This document shows, piece by piece, positions 63,445-64,000 of a stretch of DNA of 64,000 nucleotides. The DNA is from Lentisphaerota bacterium (GTDB taxonomy: Bacteria; Verrucomicrobiota; Kiritimatiellia; UBA8416; JABMPJ01). The translations under genes and the position numbers were made by a program. Position 1 is the first letter of the stretch, and every line of letters starts with the position of its first letter. The notes under the pieces are model-generated. The model ran no database searches, was not told where the DNA came from, and worked only from the letters and a program-made list of their open reading frames with translations. The stretch is taken from positions 505 to 64,504 of the forward strand of contig JABMPJ010000191.1 of the NCBI GenBank assembly GCA_013203785.1, read 5' to 3'.

Positions 63445-64000
63445 ATGTGCGATGAATGCGGATGCGGTGATGTGGTGATCGAACCACACACACACGATCA
63501 TGACCATGATCACGGCCATTCCCACGGCCCGGGACACACACATGATCATAGTCATGGCCACGATCACACGCATGACCATGATACGGCGCGCGTGCTTTCC
63601 GTGCGGGAGAATGTTCTTGCCCGCAATACGGAGTTGGCTGCGAAGAACCGCATGTGGCTGGCCGCGCACGGCGTCACAGCGATCAACCTCATTTCCGCCC
63701 CGGGCACAGGCAAAACCTACCTGCTCGAGCGCACGTTGGAGCGCCTGCAAGGCCGCGTGGGGTGTGCGGTAATTACGGGCGACCAGCAGACCGATAACGA
63801 TGCCAGGCGTCTGGCCGACAAAGGGGCCGAGGTCCGTCAAATCGAGACCCAGAGCGCCTGCCATCTCGAGGCACAGCGTGTGGGCGAACTCTTCCCCGAA
63901 GTCATCAAGGAGGACACCCGCCTGCTGTTCATCGAGAACGTGGGGAACCTGGTGTGCCCCACCGCGTTCGATTTGGGCGAACACTTCAAAGTGGCCCTGC
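63445..64000 (+). CDS. hypB: Hydrogenase nickel incorporation GTPase HypB, 3'-truncated by window end
   Basis: MCDECGCGD… plus His-rich stretch (HTHDHDHDHGHSHGPGHTHDHSHGHDHTHDHD). P-loop SAPGTGKT. Open to the window edge. Confidence 0.85.
   Translation, partial: MCDECGCGDVVIEPHTHDHDHDHGHSHGPGHTHDHSHGHDHTHDHDTARVLSVRENVLARNTELAAKNRMWLAAHGVTAINLISAPGTGKTYLLERTLERLQGRVGCAVITGDQQTDNDARRLADKGAEVRQIETQSACHLEAQRVGELFPEVIKEDTRLLFIENVGNLVCPTAFDLGEHFKVAL

Overview
High-GC (~62%) chromosomal segment from a Gram-negative bacterium. It is densely packed with genes, and I found no rRNA genes, tRNA genes, CRISPR arrays or obvious mobile elements. The gene content (Kdo transferase, a FadL-type outer membrane protein, PEP-CTERM/exosortase, a TrpR-like repressor, Hcp homologues carrying Sec signal peptides) is compatible with a PVC/Verrucomicrobia-like organism, but taxonomy cannot be settled from sequence alone.

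Main blocks, in order: monomeric isocitrate dehydrogenase (5' partial) and oligoribonuclease; a DeoR regulator with a 2-oxoacid/acetoin-type dehydrogenase cluster in E2-E3-fused E1 alpha/beta order; a 1359-aa exosortase-TPR fusion convergent with a PEP-CTERM protein; queA; a Phd/ParE toxin-antitoxin pair; a long minus-strand run yjbQ <- ABC exporter <- trxB <- pilB <- pilT <- pilB <- gatB <- gatA <- gatC; a CPA2 antiporter with a PTS-EIIA domain; two tandem Hcp-fold proteins with signal peptides; a membrane spermidine-synthase-like protein and a GH20-like protein; waaA, xerC, topA, dprA; a bacterial Hedgehog-N/LAS-fold protein; a trpR-like-trpB2 operon; a UPF0016-ferritin fusion and a VKOR-thioredoxin fusion; a FadL-like outer membrane protein, glpD, nadK, tlyA; and a complete group-3b-type [NiFe] sulfhydrogenase operon (hydB-hydG-hydD-hydA) followed by hycI-hypF-hypC-hypD-hypE-hypA-hypB (3' partial).

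Most interesting candidates: the exosortase-TPR/PEP-CTERM pair, the Sec-exported orphan Hcp proteins, the Hedgehog-like protein, the TrpR-like operator, the UPF0016-ferritin fusion, and several structured intergenic elements.
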